Of a DNA stretch of 35,014 nt, positions 1 through 10,346 are shown in pieces. The notes below the pieces were generated by a model, which saw nothing but the letters and a program-made list of their open reading frames with translations, ran no database searches and was not told the DNA's origin. Origin of the DNA: a virus (lineage: Duplodnaviria; Caudoviricetes). Position 1 is the first letter of the stretch, and each line of letters starts with the position of its first letter. Where the stretch lies: the IMG/VR virus record IMGVR_UViG_3300048009_000268, positions 1-35,014 of that record; one strand, given 5' to 3'. A program made the translations under genes and the position numbers.

Positions 1-630
1 GACGATACTATCTATCCTTGGGCAACCATTGACTCAAACGGTGTGCTAACTGTGACTGTGGTTGAGCCAAACAATGAAGCCAGCACCAGCACAGCACACG
101 ATGGCGACACAGTAGAAATACAAGGTTTGGACGGCGACTACAATCTACAAACAGAAACAGTTACTATATCAGGATCAAGTGCTACAACCACCAATAACTT
201 CAAGCGAGTGTTTAGAGCAAGATTTACAAATGGTGGCAGTTTTGATCCCAACACCAAACGCATCCTAATCAAGTCAGGCACAACTACAGTAGCAAAGATA
301 CTTGAAGACGTAGGTCAAACTATGATGAGCATCTACACTATTCCAGCAGGCTACACGGGCTATCTAATGCGTCTTGATGTTACAGCACAAGGCACAGCAA
401 CAGGCAGTTTCAAACTGTTTGCTCGTCCAGGCGGAGCAGGTTCGTTTCAACTCAAACACGTTGCAGAAGTAAACGGTGTAGGCGGACCATATCAGTTAGA
501 ATATCCTATTCCACAATCATTTACAGAGAAGACAGACATTGATGCACGTATGCATACATTCTCAAACAACGGACGTTATACTTGCACGTTTGATATTCTT
601 CTTGTAGATAATTCAGCAGGCACTCCCTAG
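1..630 (+). CDS. Phage structural protein, 5'-truncated by the window edge
   Basis: Frame 1 is open from base 1 (DDTIYPWATIDSNGVLTVT...) to TAG at 628-630, so the GTG at 43 is probably not the true start. Beta-rich, T/G-rich sequence in the tail-gene region. Confidence 0.6.
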   Translation, partial: DDTIYPWATIDSNGVLTVTVVEPNNEASTSTAHDGDTVEIQGLDGDYNLQTETVTISGSSATTTNNFKRVFRARFTNGGSFDPNTKRILIKSGTTTVAKILEDVGQTMMSIYTIPAGYTGYLMRLDVTAQGTATGSFKLFARPGGAGSFQLKHVAEVNGVGGPYQLEYPIPQSFTEKTDIDARMHTFSNNGRYTCTFDILLVDNSAGTP

Positions 631-645
631 TTAGGTAAATACATT

Positions 646-936
646 ATGCGAATAGATGAAATTACAATAAACATTCCAATTAAAATAGATTTAGACGGCG
701 ACACGCCTCGTGTCAACGTAGCAGGCAAAGATGCTACAGGCGATGAAGAACTAGATCAAAACCCTGTCATGGTCAGTCCACAACAGCAAGAGCTAGAGTT
801 AAAAAAAGCAGAACAAGGTAAAGATAGTCCTGTTATAGATAAAATACTCGATGATGACGACGAAGGTGCTGAAGAAGTGGATAATCCAACGGATGGTGTT
901 GATAATATCAAAGCACTTGCTGGCTTAGCAAAGTAA
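646..936 (+). CDS. Acidic phage hypothetical protein with N-terminal MRIDEI motif (possible head-associated protein)
   Basis: 96 aa ORF. TAAATA lies at 636-641, 4 nt before the ATG. Confidence 0.6.
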   Translation: MRIDEITINIPIKIDLDGDTPRVNVAGKDATGDEELDQNPVMVSPQQQELELKKAEQGKDSPVIDKILDDDDEGAEEVDNPTDGVDNIKALAGLAK

Positions 937-949
937 GGGAGGATCGCCC

Positions 950-3910
950 TTGGGACAAGTACGCAAAATAAAAGCAGGCTTAGTCAAAATTCCAATAGAT
1001 CAATTTGTTGGTGAAGATGGTCACATATTTTTTGATACCGATGACGGCACCCTACGTTTATCTGACGGTGTTACGCCAGGCGGGTCTATCCTTAGTAGTG
1101 CAGGCGGAGGTAGCGGATTACAACTTGGAACAACGGCCACTACAGCACTAGCAGGCAACACAGCATTATTTGACGGTGCATACGGAAGTCTAACAGATGC
1201 TCCGATCACAATAACGGCAAACGATCTTACTATTACTAAACATCTTCTTCCAAATGCAAACGAAACATTAGACTTAGGATCAGCTTCTTTAAGATTTCGT
1301 GACATTTATCTAAGTGGCGAAACTATTGACCTCGGCGGCACAAAGTTAAACAAAAACACTGACGGTGACCTAGAAGTAAAAGATACTAGCGGCAACTTTA
1401 AAAAAGTAAAAGCAAGTGAAGTTGAATTAGACGACGGCACCAAGGATGCTACAAACAAAGTTGTAATGCGTTTAGGTAGTGACGGTACACCTGAATTTAA
1501 ACGAGTAAACAAAACAACTGGAGCAGATGTAGAAACACACACAAAGTTTGATTTACTTACTATTGCAAAAACTATTAGTGCATCAACTGCACCTACTGAC
1601 GATGCACACCTAACAAACAAAGCATACGTTGATAGTGTAGTGTTTAGTGGTGACTATACAGACCTAACAAACAAGCCTACTATTCCAACAGCGTTTAGTG
1701 GTGACTACGATGACCTAACAAACAAGCCTACTATTCCAACAGCGTTTAGTGGTGACTATACAGACCTAACAAACAAGCCTACATTATTTGACGGAGTATA
1801 TGATTCGTTAACAAGTAAGCCTACGTTGTTTAGTGGTGACTATACAGACCTAACAAGTAAGCCTACGTTGTTTAGTGGTGACTACGATGACCTAACAAGT
1901 AAGCCTACATTATTACAGATAGGCACAACATCTACTACAGCACTTGCCGGTAATGCACGTATCGAAGAGCAATACCTTACAGTACAATCCGCAGCTGATC
2001 TAGTTAAAGGTCAGGTTTGTTATATTATTTCAACAACAGACGCAGGCGTTCCTGTTGTACAACTTGCTGACGCAAATAATATAAGCTCTCATGCAGTTGG
2101 CATTGCTACAGAGACAGTAAGTTCTCAGAGTACTACTAAGCTCTTAACAAAAGGTATTCTTTCAAATATAGACACTACTACAACCGCTATACCAGGTAGT
2201 GGTAACCTTTTATATGTTTCTGAAATCGCAGGTGATTTAACTAGAACAGCTCCTAATGCTTTCCAAATTAGTACACAACAAGTCGCTACAATAATTACAA
2301 CAGATGCAACAACAGGTTCAATTCTTGTAGATATAAATGCGCCTATAGTAGGTGTTGCCGATTTGCAGGACAATGAGATAGCAATTGGCGGACCAAACGG
2401 AGAGCAGAAGGCTAGCTGGTACGAAGTTGCCCTACCTGCACAAACCTTAATGCATACTGGTGTTGTAAGTGCTGTCAATGCTATTGAAGCCAGCTCAGCA
2501 GGTAGTCCTCTTGGAAATAACAGACAACAAGTCGCAGATGCTTCTGTAGACACTGTAGTAATTGGAACAGGCCAAGGAATTAATAACTTTGCACTTTTTT
2601 ATGATGATCAAACATCATCTGCAAACGATCAAATAGTTATACGGTCGGATCAAGGTACTATGACTCTAGACGCACATGAGATACTAGTGAATGTTGGTAA
2701 AAATGGAGATGTTGGTGGCCTTCGAATATTTAATTTTGCAACGTCTGAAGTAGATGGACAAGAACTTATATTCCACACAACTCAAAACGGTATCCATGTA
2801 GGCAATGATAGACGGGGAACCTATACCGCAGGAGATTTGCAAATTAATCAAGATACTGACTATGGTATGTTAGTAGGTCGAAACTCTTTCAACTATGGAA
2901 GTAACAACATTGGCTTTGGCGACGATATTGATTTTTCAGCTGATACAGTTTCAAACTTAGCTTCTGGATCTCGAGTTGATGTTAAATCTTATATAACAAA
3001 CAGTGTGGCGCATGGCGGAAGTGTAATAGCAGGTGATGGAGTATCAGCTAAAACGTCGATATTCGCTGGCGGCTATATTACAAAAACTACTGGCAATTAT
3101 GGATTTACTTGGGGGAACGGATCGTATCCAGGTGGATCAACAATTTATTATTCAGAAAACCATGCTGAAGGCGGCGTACTTTTTGGAAAGCAAACTATAC
3201 TAACTTCAAATGCTACTAATTCTTTTATAGCCGGAGGCATAGGTGGAAGCAGTGAAAACTTTGAAGCGCACAAAATAGACTCGGCGCACTCCTTTAATTA
3301 TGGTAAATCTAGTAACATTAAAGCAGATTCAGATCATTCGGGTGCTATAGGATTGTATCATATACTTGATACAGCACCACAAGGTTTTGCGGCTGGAGAG
3401 ATACAAAGATTAACAAACACAAGAGCTTCTGCAGCTGTCGGAGCCCTTAATGTACTAGGCAGTGCAGAACATACTACTGGCAATGACTATCTCTTTGCGG
3501 CAGGCTATAAAAATGAACCGCTGGGTGATGGAGGAATGTGTCTTGGTTATCAGTTAAAAACACCTCTTAACAGAGCAACTGCTGATGATCCATATGAGTG
3601 GGAAAAAGGCTCTACCGTTGTAGGCGCCCATAATGATCCTTTGAAAAAGTTTGATACAGATGACGGTGTAGGAGCAACTTGGGTACAGAATCAAAGATTT
3701 GTAGTAGGTACAGGTATAAGTGCAGCTGCTCCAAAAACAGGGTTTGTAGTAGCTGCGCCAGCTTCAACAGCTTTCTCTGGTATTATTATGACACACCTTG
3801 CAGAGAGTGATAGCTATCCATCAGCAAGTGATGCAAGAGCAGGCGGTGTACCAACTGGAGGCCTGTATAGAACAGGCAATGATGTAAAAATTCTATTAGC
3901 AGGAGACTAA
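950..3910 (+). CDS. Tail fibre / adhesin-like virion protein with internal FSGDYxDLTxKPT repeats
   Basis: 986 aa, TTG start behind GGGGAGG. N-terminal fibre-anchor-like segment (FFDTDDGTLRLSDGVTPGG), LDLGSASLRFRDIYLSG motif, tandem repeats, and a C-terminal G/A/S-rich region resembling a YadA-head-like beta-roll. Confidence 0.75.
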   Translation: MGQVRKIKAGLVKIPIDQFVGEDGHIFFDTDDGTLRLSDGVTPGGSILSSAGGGSGLQLGTTATTALAGNTALFDGAYGSLTDAPITITANDLTITKHLLPNANETLDLGSASLRFRDIYLSGETIDLGGTKLNKNTDGDLEVKDTSGNFKKVKASEVELDDGTKDATNKVVMRLGSDGTPEFKRVNKTTGADVETHTKFDLLTIAKTISASTAPTDDAHLTNKAYVDSVVFSGDYTDLTNKPTIPTAFSGDYDDLTNKPTIPTAFSGDYTDLTNKPTLFDGVYDSLTSKPTLFSGDYTDLTSKPTLFSGDYDDLTSKPTLLQIGTTSTTALAGNARIEEQYLTVQSAADLVKGQVCYIISTTDAGVPVVQLADANNISSHAVGIATETVSSQSTTKLLTKGILSNIDTTTTAIPGSGNLLYVSEIAGDLTRTAPNAFQISTQQVATIITTDATTGSILVDINAPIVGVADLQDNEIAIGGPNGEQKASWYEVALPAQTLMHTGVVSAVNAIEASSAGSPLGNNRQQVADASVDTVVIGTGQGINNFALFYDDQTSSANDQIVIRSDQGTMTLDAHEILVNVGKNGDVGGLRIFNFATSEVDGQELIFHTTQNGIHVGNDRRGTYTAGDLQINQDTDYGMLVGRNSFNYGSNNIGFGDDIDFSADTVSNLASGSRVDVKSYITNSVAHGGSVIAGDGVSAKTSIFAGGYITKTTGNYGFTWGNGSYPGGSTIYYSENHAEGGVLFGKQTILTSNATNSFIAGGIGGSSENFEAHKIDSAHSFNYGKSSNIKADSDHSGAIGLYHILDTAPQGFAAGEIQRLTNTRASAAVGALNVLGSAEHTTGNDYLFAAGYKNEPLGDGGMCLGYQLKTPLNRATADDPYEWEKGSTVVGAHNDPLKKFDTDDGVGATWVQNQRFVVGTGISAAAPKTGFVVAAPASTAFSGIIMTHLAESDSYPSASDARAGGVPTGGLYRTGNDVKILLAGD
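1642..1912 (+). repeat. In-frame tandem repeat: two 51-nt units plus four 42-nt units
   Basis: Units begin at 1642, 1693, 1744, 1786 (degenerate), 1828 and 1870. Core GTTTAGTGGTGACTA(TACA/CGAT)GACCTAACAA(AC/GT)AAGCCTAC. Confidence 0.95.
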
Positions 3911-3912
3911 TT

Positions 3913-4143
3913 ATGGCAATTACAAAAACAACTGTAGTTAAAAGAGTAGATGTAACTGTAAGAGATGCAACAGACTATACTCAAAGTGTACTATCCGTTA
4001 CCCTTATAGATACTTGGGATGATCCCGAAGATGCAGATCTACCTATACGAAAAAGTCGTGTAGTAAACCTTCCAACAGGAACTGATGTTACTTCGTATCC
4101 TCAGTTTGTGCAAGACATTGCAGGAACCGTATGGGGTTCCTAG
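3913..4143 (+). CDS. Small tail-fibre-associated protein (possible assembly chaperone)
   Basis: 76 aa with an AGGAG RBS, directly after the fibre gene. Function inferred from position only. Confidence 0.55.
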   Translation: MAITKTTVVKRVDVTVRDATDYTQSVLSVTLIDTWDDPEDADLPIRKSRVVNLPTGTDVTSYPQFVQDIAGTVWGS

Positions 4144-4182
4144 TAGTAACGATAAATACTACTAGATAATTAGGATAGATAT

Positions 4183-7100
4183 ATGGCAGTAAAAATTCAA
4201 CTACGCAGAGATACCGCCGCTAACTGGACAGCAGCAAATACAGTATTAGCTCTAGGTGAACCGGGCGTAGAAACAGATACATTAAAACTTAAAGTTGGTG
4301 ACGGTATTACAGCATGGACGTCATTGGCTTATTCTATATCCTATAACTTTAATGATCTAAACAGCAAACCTACTACACTAGCAGGCTATGGAATAACAGA
4401 TGCTCTTACGCTTACAGACCTAAGTGTAGGTACAGAAGGTACAGCCGCAGGCGATGGTGCTATTGCATATGACAATACAACAGGCACGTTTACATATACA
4501 CCCCCAGACACTAGTACGTTCTTAACAAGTGTTGCATACGCAGATCTTACATCAACTCCTACTACCTTAGCAGGTTATGGTATAACCGATGCTGTGGCTA
4601 GTTCTGCTATATCAACATTTGGTGGAACCTTAGTTGATGACGCTGATGCAACAGCGGCAAGAACAACACTAGGGTTAGGAACAGCCGCAACGACAGCCGC
4701 AACAGATTACGCAACATCTGCACAAGGCTTATTAGCAGATTCAGCTCTACAAAGTGGTGCAGCAATTAGCGTAGGTAATATTACAACTACAGGTTACCTA
4801 AGAGGACCTGCTACATTTACTATTGACCCAGCGGCACACGGAGACAACACAGGTACAGTAGTTATTGCTGGTGACCTACAAGTTGATGGTACACAAACAA
4901 CTATTAATTCTACAACACTAGACATAGACGATATAAACATTACACTAGCAAGTGGAGCGGCAGGTAGTTCTGCGGCCAACGGCGCAGGTATTACAGTAGA
5001 TGGAGCAAGTGCTACAATTACATATGTACACAGCACAACCAGTTGGGACTTAAACAAGCCTGTAAATGTAACAGGTAACTTTAATGCTGACGGTGACTTG
5101 TTTAACTTTGGTAGTGGAACAAAAGGTAGAATACAGATCAAAGGTGGATCTAATGAAGATTCACAGATTAGATTCTTTGACGGTGCAAACGGTAAAGCAC
5201 GTATAGGTGTTCCAAATGGAACTAACTCACTTGTATTAAGTGGTTCGGACACTATGACTGCAGACGTTACTATTGATTCAAGTGGTAACGTTACTATGGT
5301 AGGCACACTAGATGTAGACGGTGCAGAGATTACTGTAGGCACAACAGGCTCACGTTTTGCAGAAAACAATTTAAGATTTAACGTTGCTGGTACTTCGTAC
5401 TTAGATATAAATGACGTAGGTCAGCAACTAGATGTAAGAACAAGTAAAGTATCATCGCTAGACAAAACTATTCTTAGCCTTACACCAGATGGAACAACAT
5501 TTAGTGTAGACGCTAAGTTTAACGAAGGTATCAAAAGCAACTACAACGATAACTTAGAAGTATACACAACAGCAACAGACAGTTTTATTACTGAAGCAGG
5601 TGCAAGTGGTAGTTTGTTTGTACAGTCAAACAACGAAATAAGTTTACGTTCTACTCTTGCTGAGTATGGACTTACATTTAATGTAAATGGTTCGCTTGAT
5701 ATATTCTATGACAATGCTAAGAAACTAGAAACAACAGCCAAAGGCGTAGAAATTACAGGTGATGTAGCACTAGGTGCAATTGACACATCAATAACAACAA
5801 CTGAGTCAGCAATGTTCTTGTATGACACAAGACTTGATTCAGACGGCGGCGCTTGGAGAAGACGAGTACAAGGCACTAGTTGGTACAACGAAACACTTAA
5901 TACATCATCAAGAGGAAGTAGAAAAGACTTTCCTGCGGTAGCATTAATTGTTGCAGACAACACAGCAAACACAGTAACAATATATGATGCTGATCACCCT
6001 GACATGGCTATGTGGATGGTGTTTAATATTGATAACACTATGTGGATGAAACATGTATCAGGCGGACAAACTGTAGTAAACATCTTTGCTATGAACGGAC
6101 AAATGTATACTTGTGGTGGAACAGACGGATTGCGTTTTGGCATAATGGATTTTGTTAGAGACAGTGGCGATATGATAGAAGCTGGATATCACTACACAGC
6201 AGAAGGTATTGCTAGTCGCAACAGTGAACGAATAGACAGCCAAGGTGCTAGAGGCGTTCTTAGAATAGCAGACAATTCGGCTATATGTGTAACAGCAAAA
6301 GTGTTATCTGATACTCCTGTTAATCCAAGAACAGGATTGCAAGACCCAACTATATTTGTAGGCACAGCAGGAGGTCTATCAGTTATAATGTCTGATAGAG
6401 CAACAGTACATGATGGAACAAGTACAACAGGCTCTGCATACAATTACGTAGGACATATAACAATTACTCCTAACGGTGACTTATGGTATGCCGGCGATAG
6501 TTTTGATACCTATCTAAGTTTTAGAGATACTTATGTTGTTGATCCAAGTGTTATAACAGCTGACTGGACTTGGGACAACGGCACAGATAATCTTACAACA
6601 GGCGGATATGCAATAACCACCACCAACGAATCTGGAGAGATTAAAGCAGGTTTTGAAAATGACGCGGCAATGAATTTCTTAGATGGACCAGCTGCAGGTA
6701 CGAAAGATGATGGCTTACTATTATTTGATTTCACTGATACAGATGCACAAGTAACTTTGCATGCTCATATACAAACAGATCACAACACAGGTTGGCAACA
6801 GCGTCAAACTAAATTAGTAATTATGAGTGACAATGATGATACAGATGTTGTAGGTTCAGGAGAACTTATTACAAACGGTGACTTTAGTGGCGGAACAACA
6901 GGTTGGAGTACAAACGGTACAAGTATAATTACAGACCAAGGTGGGTACATAAGAGTAGATAGAAACAGTGGCTCGGCTGCAAATCAATGTTATCAAGATA
7001 TTACAACAGTGGTAGGTGTAACCTACATGGTAAGAGCAAAAGTAATTGCAACCAACAATCAATATGCAAGCATCTATCATCCGGGTGGCGAAACAAAGTC

Positions 7101-8046
7101 AACAACAGCTGCTACAGCAGATGTACTAACAGGATCGTTTGTTGCAACAGGCACAACATCAAGAATTGAACTTGGTGCAACTGGCGGCTCGGCTGTAACA
7201 GCAGACTTTGATGATGTAAGTGTAATGCTTGCTGAAGATGATAGATCAGGTAATTTCCAATCAATTCCTGTTTACGGCACAATACCTAAGCAAGCATGTA
7301 ACACAGGTACTGACTTAGTAAGTTACGGACCGTTTAGCACAAGCAACTATATGGAAGCACCGTATAACGATGACTTAGATTTTGGTACAGGCAACTTTAC
7401 AATACAAGGTTGGATCAAACCAGTAGCAAGTACATCCGTTCAAACATTATTCCATAGACGTAGATATGCAAGCAATGCTAACACAATTGAAATTGGTGTA
7501 AACACTGATGAAACATTTTACTTCTACACTGGCGCCACTATGACAACACTCACTGGCGATCCAATGAACGCAGATACATGGCAACATTTTGCATGTGTAA
7601 GAGACAATGACGAACTACAACTGTACATTGATGGTCAATTAATAAGAACAGCCGCCGGCGGCCCTGACGATGTAAGCCATCCAGACAACCACACAAGAAT
7701 AGGTGCATACATTAATAATACAGGTACAGTATCGTATCCATGGTTAGGTGAACTTGCATTGTTAAAAGTTAGTAGTAAAAAAGCAACAGCAAATGAAATA
7801 GCAAAAATATTTAATGATGAAAAGAAATTATTTGAACCAAATGCAAAAGCAACATTGTATTGGGACGATACATCAAGTAACAAAGAAAGAATATCAGGAC
7901 TTGCTTATGACTCAATTACTGAAAGAGTACATGCTGGCACAAGTTCCGGAAGAAGTGAGTTCCAAGGACTTGTAAGAGTAAATAATTCTACAGACGCTGT
8001 TGGAACAAATATAACAGCAATAGACGGAATGGTAGCAGAGGGATAA
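4183..8046 (+). CDS. Long tail fibre / receptor-binding protein (Mtd-N-like N-terminus, CBM-like domain, C-terminal LamG/ConA-like domain)
   Basis: MAVKIQLRRDTAANW...GEPGVETDTLKLKVGDG N-terminus, two PTTLAGYGITDA repeats, ELITNGDFSGGTTGW (CBM4/9-like), and DFGTGNFTIQGWIK...WQHFACVR...LYIDG (LamG-like). Confidence 0.8.
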   Translation: MAVKIQLRRDTAANWTAANTVLALGEPGVETDTLKLKVGDGITAWTSLAYSISYNFNDLNSKPTTLAGYGITDALTLTDLSVGTEGTAAGDGAIAYDNTTGTFTYTPPDTSTFLTSVAYADLTSTPTTLAGYGITDAVASSAISTFGGTLVDDADATAARTTLGLGTAATTAATDYATSAQGLLADSALQSGAAISVGNITTTGYLRGPATFTIDPAAHGDNTGTVVIAGDLQVDGTQTTINSTTLDIDDINITLASGAAGSSAANGAGITVDGASATITYVHSTTSWDLNKPVNVTGNFNADGDLFNFGSGTKGRIQIKGGSNEDSQIRFFDGANGKARIGVPNGTNSLVLSGSDTMTADVTIDSSGNVTMVGTLDVDGAEITVGTTGSRFAENNLRFNVAGTSYLDINDVGQQLDVRTSKVSSLDKTILSLTPDGTTFSVDAKFNEGIKSNYNDNLEVYTTATDSFITEAGASGSLFVQSNNEISLRSTLAEYGLTFNVNGSLDIFYDNAKKLETTAKGVEITGDVALGAIDTSITTTESAMFLYDTRLDSDGGAWRRRVQGTSWYNETLNTSSRGSRKDFPAVALIVADNTANTVTIYDADHPDMAMWMVFNIDNTMWMKHVSGGQTVVNIFAMNGQMYTCGGTDGLRFGIMDFVRDSGDMIEAGYHYTAEGIASRNSERIDSQGARGVLRIADNSAICVTAKVLSDTPVNPRTGLQDPTIFVGTAGGLSVIMSDRATVHDGTSTTGSAYNYVGHITITPNGDLWYAGDSFDTYLSFRDTYVVDPSVITADWTWDNGTDNLTTGGYAITTTNESGEIKAGFENDAAMNFLDGPAAGTKDDGLLLFDFTDTDAQVTLHAHIQTDHNTGWQQRQTKLVIMSDNDDTDVVGSGELITNGDFSGGTTGWSTNGTSIITDQGGYIRVDRNSGSAANQCYQDITTVVGVTYMVRAKVIATNNQYASIYHPGGETKSTTAATADVLTGSFVATGTTSRIELGATGGSAVTADFDDVSVMLAEDDRSGNFQSIPVYGTIPKQACNTGTDLVSYGPFSTSNYMEAPYNDDLDFGTGNFTIQGWIKPVASTSVQTLFHRRRYASNANTIEIGVNTDETFYFYTGATMTTLTGDPMNADTWQHFACVRDNDELQLYIDGQLIRTAAGGPDDVSHPDNHTRIGAYINNTGTVSYPWLGELALLKVSSKKATANEIAKIFNDEKKLFEPNAKATLYWDDTSSNKERISGLAYDSITERVHAGTSSGRSEFQGLVRVNNSTDAVGTNITAIDGMVAEG

Positions 8047-8047
8047 T

Positions 8048-9256
8048 ATGGCAATTAAAGTAACAAGACCTCAAATAGATCTTAGAGAAGAAATTAACAA
8101 AGCTCTTACACTAAGAGGACTTGAGAATCAATTAATAACAGTAAATGGACTTGTATCAGATGGCATGATACATGTTAAGAAAAGCGGCGTCGATGCTGAA
8201 GTTGAAGGGCTAAGATTAAGCCACGGACAAACTGTTTTTAACAATTCAACAGGCTATGAGCATGCCATAGCACTAACCTTTGACCTACCTTCAGTTGAAG
8301 CAGGAGTTGAAAGTAATAGAGTAGCGGCAAAAGTAGTTGGAAGAAAAGGAGTCAATGGAACTAATGATTGGTACACAAACGGTGCATCAACAAACTTCAA
8401 TGGTCAATTAGATTTTTACACAAGAAAAGATGATGTGCTGACTAACAAAATGACCATAAACGAAGAAGGCTATGTTGGTATTGGCTCAACTAATCCTGCA
8501 ACTAAGTTATACATTTATGAAGATGATTCAACATATGCTAATACTGAAGTCATGATTCACAACAACAAATCAGATGATGCAGCTGTTCTTAGACTAAGGG
8601 GTGAACGAACAAGTACTACTGATGTAGGACAAGTTATATTTGATAATTCAAATAAAGTTATATGTAATATTAGAGGTGTAACTGACGACAACACTGATGA
8701 TGGAGCAATTCAATTTTGGACAGCTACAACAGGAAGTAATGCCGTTGTTAGAGCTGTAATTGACAGCAATGGTAACTGGGGGTTAAGAACATCTGATCCA
8801 GGTTATGAACACGATCATATAAGTGATTTTAGTGGCGGTGAAACAAAAGTTTTACGTAGAAGATACGACGAAGTTGTTGTAGCATATAATCACGGCACTA
8901 GTGGCACGGTAACTTCTACAATCACAGTTACTCTCAACGTTGCTGGGTTGCGTGGAACAGTGTTAACAGCAGACTTTAGTGGATCAAGAAACAACTCAGG
9001 ACCTGATAACTATATTCAAAGAATTGTTCATACACTAATGAGTGAAGGCACTAATTTACGAAGAAGTGATAGAATATCAGCATTAGAATTTGCTAGTGGT
9101 GCTAGTCGTGTTGCTGTGAACAGCGTAACAATGTCAAGCGATAAGATTGTAGTTGAATATGAAATTGCCGCAGGCAGTGCAGGCTACGATGCAAGAATGT
9201 TGTTTACTGCTAAAGGCCCAGGCATTAACGATTTAGACGTAAGCGTAAGCACTTAA
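8048..9256 (+). CDS. Tail fibre-related virion protein
   Basis: 402 aa with fibre-type motifs KMTINEEGYVGIGSTNPATKL and RAVIDSNGNWGL, coupled to the upstream fibre gene. Confidence 0.65.
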   Translation: MAIKVTRPQIDLREEINKALTLRGLENQLITVNGLVSDGMIHVKKSGVDAEVEGLRLSHGQTVFNNSTGYEHAIALTFDLPSVEAGVESNRVAAKVVGRKGVNGTNDWYTNGASTNFNGQLDFYTRKDDVLTNKMTINEEGYVGIGSTNPATKLYIYEDDSTYANTEVMIHNNKSDDAAVLRLRGERTSTTDVGQVIFDNSNKVICNIRGVTDDNTDDGAIQFWTATTGSNAVVRAVIDSNGNWGLRTSDPGYEHDHISDFSGGETKVLRRRYDEVVVAYNHGTSGTVTSTITVTLNVAGLRGTVLTADFSGSRNNSGPDNYIQRIVHTLMSEGTNLRRSDRISALEFASGASRVAVNSVTMSSDKIVVEYEIAAGSAGYDARMLFTAKGPGINDLDVSVST

Positions 9257-9262
9257 GACGAT

Positions 9263-9333
9263 TAACCCCGAGCTATTTCTAACCCGGGGTTGCTTCGTTC
9301 TTTAAATCCTTTATAAGGGCTATGCCCCTTTAT
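9263..9333. terminator. Hairpins between convergent transcription units (probable terminators)
   Basis: AACCCCG-N-CGGGGTT hairpin at about 9264-9291 and an imperfect AAGGGC-TAT-GCCCCTT hairpin at about 9315-9330. Confidence 0.55.
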
Positions 9334-9357
9334 TCTTTACTCGTCCGTTAGTAAACG

Positions 9358-9672
9358 TTACTTATTATTATTGACAAAGTTATAGAACTTTTCAGCTGCT
9401 TCTAATACTGCATCTGCTCCAGGTACTTCTGGTAGTTTAACTTCTTGAACAATCTCTCCAGTATCTTTATCACGCTTTACAGTTTGTTCCCAACCTGCCC
9501 ATTTGGCGTGATAGTCTTGCCAGATATTGTTTTGAGCCATTTCTAAAACTTTGGTACGAATTTCGTATCCATTCTTATTTGTTTTGATTTGTGGCATTGC
9601 GGCTTTGAACATTTCAGCAATTTCTTGTGTTTGTTTCATAAGAGCTTCGCCATACTTGGTTTCTACAGTCAT
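9358..9672 (-). CDS. Phage hypothetical protein (NKNGYEIR...VLEAAEKFYNFV)
   Basis: 104 aa with a strong GAGGAG RBS and its own promoter inside the 3' end of the AOX gene. Confidence 0.75.
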   Translation of the reverse strand: MTVETKYGEALMKQTQEIAEMFKAAMPQIKTNKNGYEIRTKVLEMAQNNIWQDYHAKWAGWEQTVKRDKDTGEIVQEVKLPEVPGADAVLEAAEKFYNFVNNNK

Positions 9673-9707
9673 ATTGTTCTCCTCTGTGTATGTGTGTAGT
9701 GTTATTA

Positions 9708-9736
9708 ATAATAACGTATTATTTAGTGCTTGTCAA
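9708..9736 (-). promoter_or_regulatory. Sigma70-like promoter with a nested TAAATA late motif
   Basis: Minus strand TTGACA (9736-9731)-N17-TATTAT (9713-9708). TAAATA at 9725-9720. Confidence 0.65.
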
Positions 9737-10346
9737 CCACTACATTGCCAGTATCGGCAATATGATGATTAACATCTCTATGTCCTGCTTCGTCTTCTCT
9801 AACAGCAATTATAACTTCTCGTAACCTAGCATCTTCATCTAAGTTCCAATAGTCAATTGCAATTCGTGGAGCAGGGATATTCTCTAGTCTACCTTCGTCT
9901 ACTTCTTTAAGATACTCTGTATAACTGTAAACAGCTTCTTCTTCAAAGTATCCTACTATCCTATGTGCTGTTCTAGGTGATAGTAAGAATATAAGAAAGT
10001 ATACATGCCAAAATATACCTTGGGCGATTAGTATAAGCAATCGCTCAAACCAATTAGGCTTTGCAATCTCAATGAAAGTCATTAAGTGCATACGCTCATT
10101 CTCTGCTTCTGCTAGAAGTGTGCGTATTAATGGACCGTATCCAGGACGTAGTTTGCGTAGACTCTTTAGGTGTGTCCACATGCCTCCTACCATACCGGGT
10201 ACAGCCGCAACTGTTTCTAATACTACAGCTCTATGTCCGTAGCGTTCACGAAAGAATGTATCTGCAAACCATCTCATAGTTCTAGTAAAACGGTATGCAA
10301 ACTTGTCTGATATTGTATTTGGAATATAGTGTTCCATATTAGCCAC
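9723..10346 (-). CDS. aox: Alternative oxidase (ubiquinol oxidase, di-iron carboxylate)
   Basis: All four AOX iron-ligand motifs are present: [31 protein letters not shown] and [13 protein letters not shown]. The PGMV segment favours AOX over PTOX. Confidence 0.93.
   Translation of the reverse strand: MANMEHYIPNTISDKFAYRFTRTMRWFADTFFRERYGHRAVVLETVAAVPGMVGGMWTHLKSLRKLRPGYGPLIRTLLAEAENERMHLMTFIEIAKPNWFERLLILIAQGIFWHVYFLIFLLSPRTAHRIVGYFEEEAVYSYTEYLKEVDEGRLENIPAPRIAIDYWNLDEDARLREVIIAVREDEAGHRDVNHHIADTGNVVVDKH

Noticed and set aside
1642-1912. Repeat array as a possible CRISPR array
   Set aside because: Units are contiguous multiples of 3 inside a coding frame, with no unique spacers and no cas genes.
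4183-8046. Diversity-generating retroelement, suggested by Mtd-N-like domains here and at 21896
   Set aside because: No reverse transcriptase and no TR/VR repeat pair with adenine-specific mismatches seen in the window. Mtd-N-like segments are generic fibre anchors.
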